Sequence record: MT863726.1
DNA from: Campylobacter phage F368
Direction: 5' to 3' (one strand)
Length of the DNA: 24,000 nt
Every line of letters begins with the position of its first letter. Within the stretch, counting starts at the first letter, position 1. The notes under the pieces were generated by a model. The model saw only the letters and a program-made list of their open reading frames with translations, made no database searches and was not told the origin of the DNA. Below are positions 22,907 through 24,000 of the stretch, piece by piece. The position numbers and the translations under genes are program-made.

Positions 22907-24000
22907 TTATAAATAGTTGCTCTTTATCCATACCCCTTGCCCACAATCCCATACTTTATGATACCCATTTAGTCTCATATTTTCTGATTCAGTTAAGTTT
23001 GGATCAAATTTCTCTAATTTATCTTTAAGTTTATGTTTCATAAATTGTTGTCTAGAGTGTTTATTAATGCCTTTAAAATAATAGTAACCAGGTTTAGAAT
23101 AGTGACTGAATGTAAACCCTAATTGTTTGTAAATTGATCCATCAGAGTACAATCTATCAGAATAACTTATTATAGAACCTTTATTTTCTTTTTCAAAATG
23201 TTTCAGTAGCTTACTAGCACCACCTATAACATTCATACCCATTTTTGTACATAATCTAATCAATTCCCAGTCATATTTGTTAGTAAATCTTGGTTTTCCA
23301 AAACTCATAAGACAAACTAACTCATCATTAAAGTATAGCCCATAACATATATTTGATCCTATAAATCCTTGGAGGTGATTTGTGTTTAGGAATTCTTTCT
23401 CTTCTGCTTTATCAACTTTCCTCAAAACACATTTTCTAGCCATTATTTTCTCAGACTTTCCTAGTTTATTGTTTATAATACTAGTCCATATTTCTTTCTT
23501 TTCATTCCACGATGATTCAAATATATGGAGTAATTGTATTCCTTTCTTATTGCATATATCTGTTTTGTTTGAATGGTAGTATTTGTCCTTACCATTACTC
23601 TCAGAATGCCAGTAGTCTCCATTACACTCTATCGCTAAATTATAATCTGGAAAATAAAAATCTAATTCTTTACCATCCAAAACCTTCCTGTTATTTCTAG
23701 TATAATCCACTTCTATAAGATTCTCTAGTTCTTTCTCAAATGAGCTTATTAGTGGATTGCATATTGGGCACAAAATATGACCTTTTTTAAAGTTAGTATA
23801 AGGTCGTTTAAAAACATGACCATTTTTACATTTTACTTCTAACTCTCCACCTAATGTATCAGATACTATTTCAAAATTAATATCATTCAAATATTTTTCT
23901 TTCTCTTCATTAACACAAAAGTGGCAGACACTTATACCTTTTTTGAAACTTTCATAAGGTCTTTTAAAAGTATGTCCATTTTTACATTGAACTTCTAAAT
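22907..24000 (-). CDS. Second homing endonuclease-like protein of the same family, N-terminus beyond window
   Basis: My translation continues past the listed start: LEVQCKNGHTFKRPYESFKKGISVCHFCVNEEKEKYLNDINFEIVSD..., then ELDFYFPDYNLAIECNGDYWHSE and GYHKVWDCGQGVWIKSNYL*. The listed start at 23890 is an internal TTG. Confidence 0.82.
   Translation of the reverse strand, partial: LEVQCKNGHTFKRPYESFKKGISVCHFCVNEEKEKYLNDINFEIVSDTLGGELEVKCKNGHVFKRPYTNFKKGHILCPICNPLISSFEKELENLIEVDYTRNNRKVLDGKELDFYFPDYNLAIECNGDYWHSESNGKDKYYHSNKTDICNKKGIQLLHIFESSWNEKKEIWTSIINNKLGKSEKIMARKCVLRKVDKAEEKEFLNTNHLQGFIGSNICYGLYFNDELVCLMSFGKPRFTNKYDWELIRLCTKMGMNVIGGASKLLKHFEKENKGSIISYSDRLYSDGSIYKQLGFTFSHYSKPGYYYFKGINKHSRQQFMKHKLKDKLEKFDPNLTESENMRLNGYHKVWDCGQGVWIKSNYL

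Noticed and set aside
1-24000. tRNA or rRNA genes
   Set aside because: No cloverleaf-like or GC-richer conserved RNA segments noticed; a tRNAscan-SE run would be decisive.

Overview
AT-rich (visually about 25% GC) segment of a T4-like myovirus genome. The host is probably a Campylobacterota bacterium (Campylobacter/Arcobacter-type). The host inference rests on an LPP20-like lipoprotein, Campylobacter-style TTAAG...TG-n-TATAAT promoters and poly-G tracts. Most genes are on the minus strand: a DPPYNTG adenine methyltransferase (cut by the window edge), a Cas4/RecB-like PD-(D/E)XK nuclease, a MazG-like protein, family B DNA polymerase (gp43-like), a D12/Dam-like methyltransferase, a DUF1353 protein, thymidine kinase, a gp61-like primase, the lipoprotein, a possible holin, a DUF4376 protein, four tandem related tail-fibre/beta-helix genes, gp46, gp47 and a gp55-like late sigma factor. 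Plus-strand genes are a tail-tube-like protein, a gp23-like capsid protein and a gp14-like neck protein. Two related zinc-ribbon-repeat homing endonucleases close the window. The most interesting part is the tail-fibre cluster (11.5-15.4 kb). It has an in-frame G15 and a G8 tract at homologous codons of two paralogs, where a +1 or -1 G change truncates the protein. It also has long perfect inverted repeats built around T4-type late promoter boxes (TATAAATA/TATAAATG) just upstream of start codons. A second strong signal is a recurrent promoter architecture, TTAAG-N6-TTAA(G/T)-N10/11-TATAAT, at seven sites. At two of these the -10 is replaced by TACCRT inside a shared palindrome. All homology calls are from motif recognition only; no database search was run.
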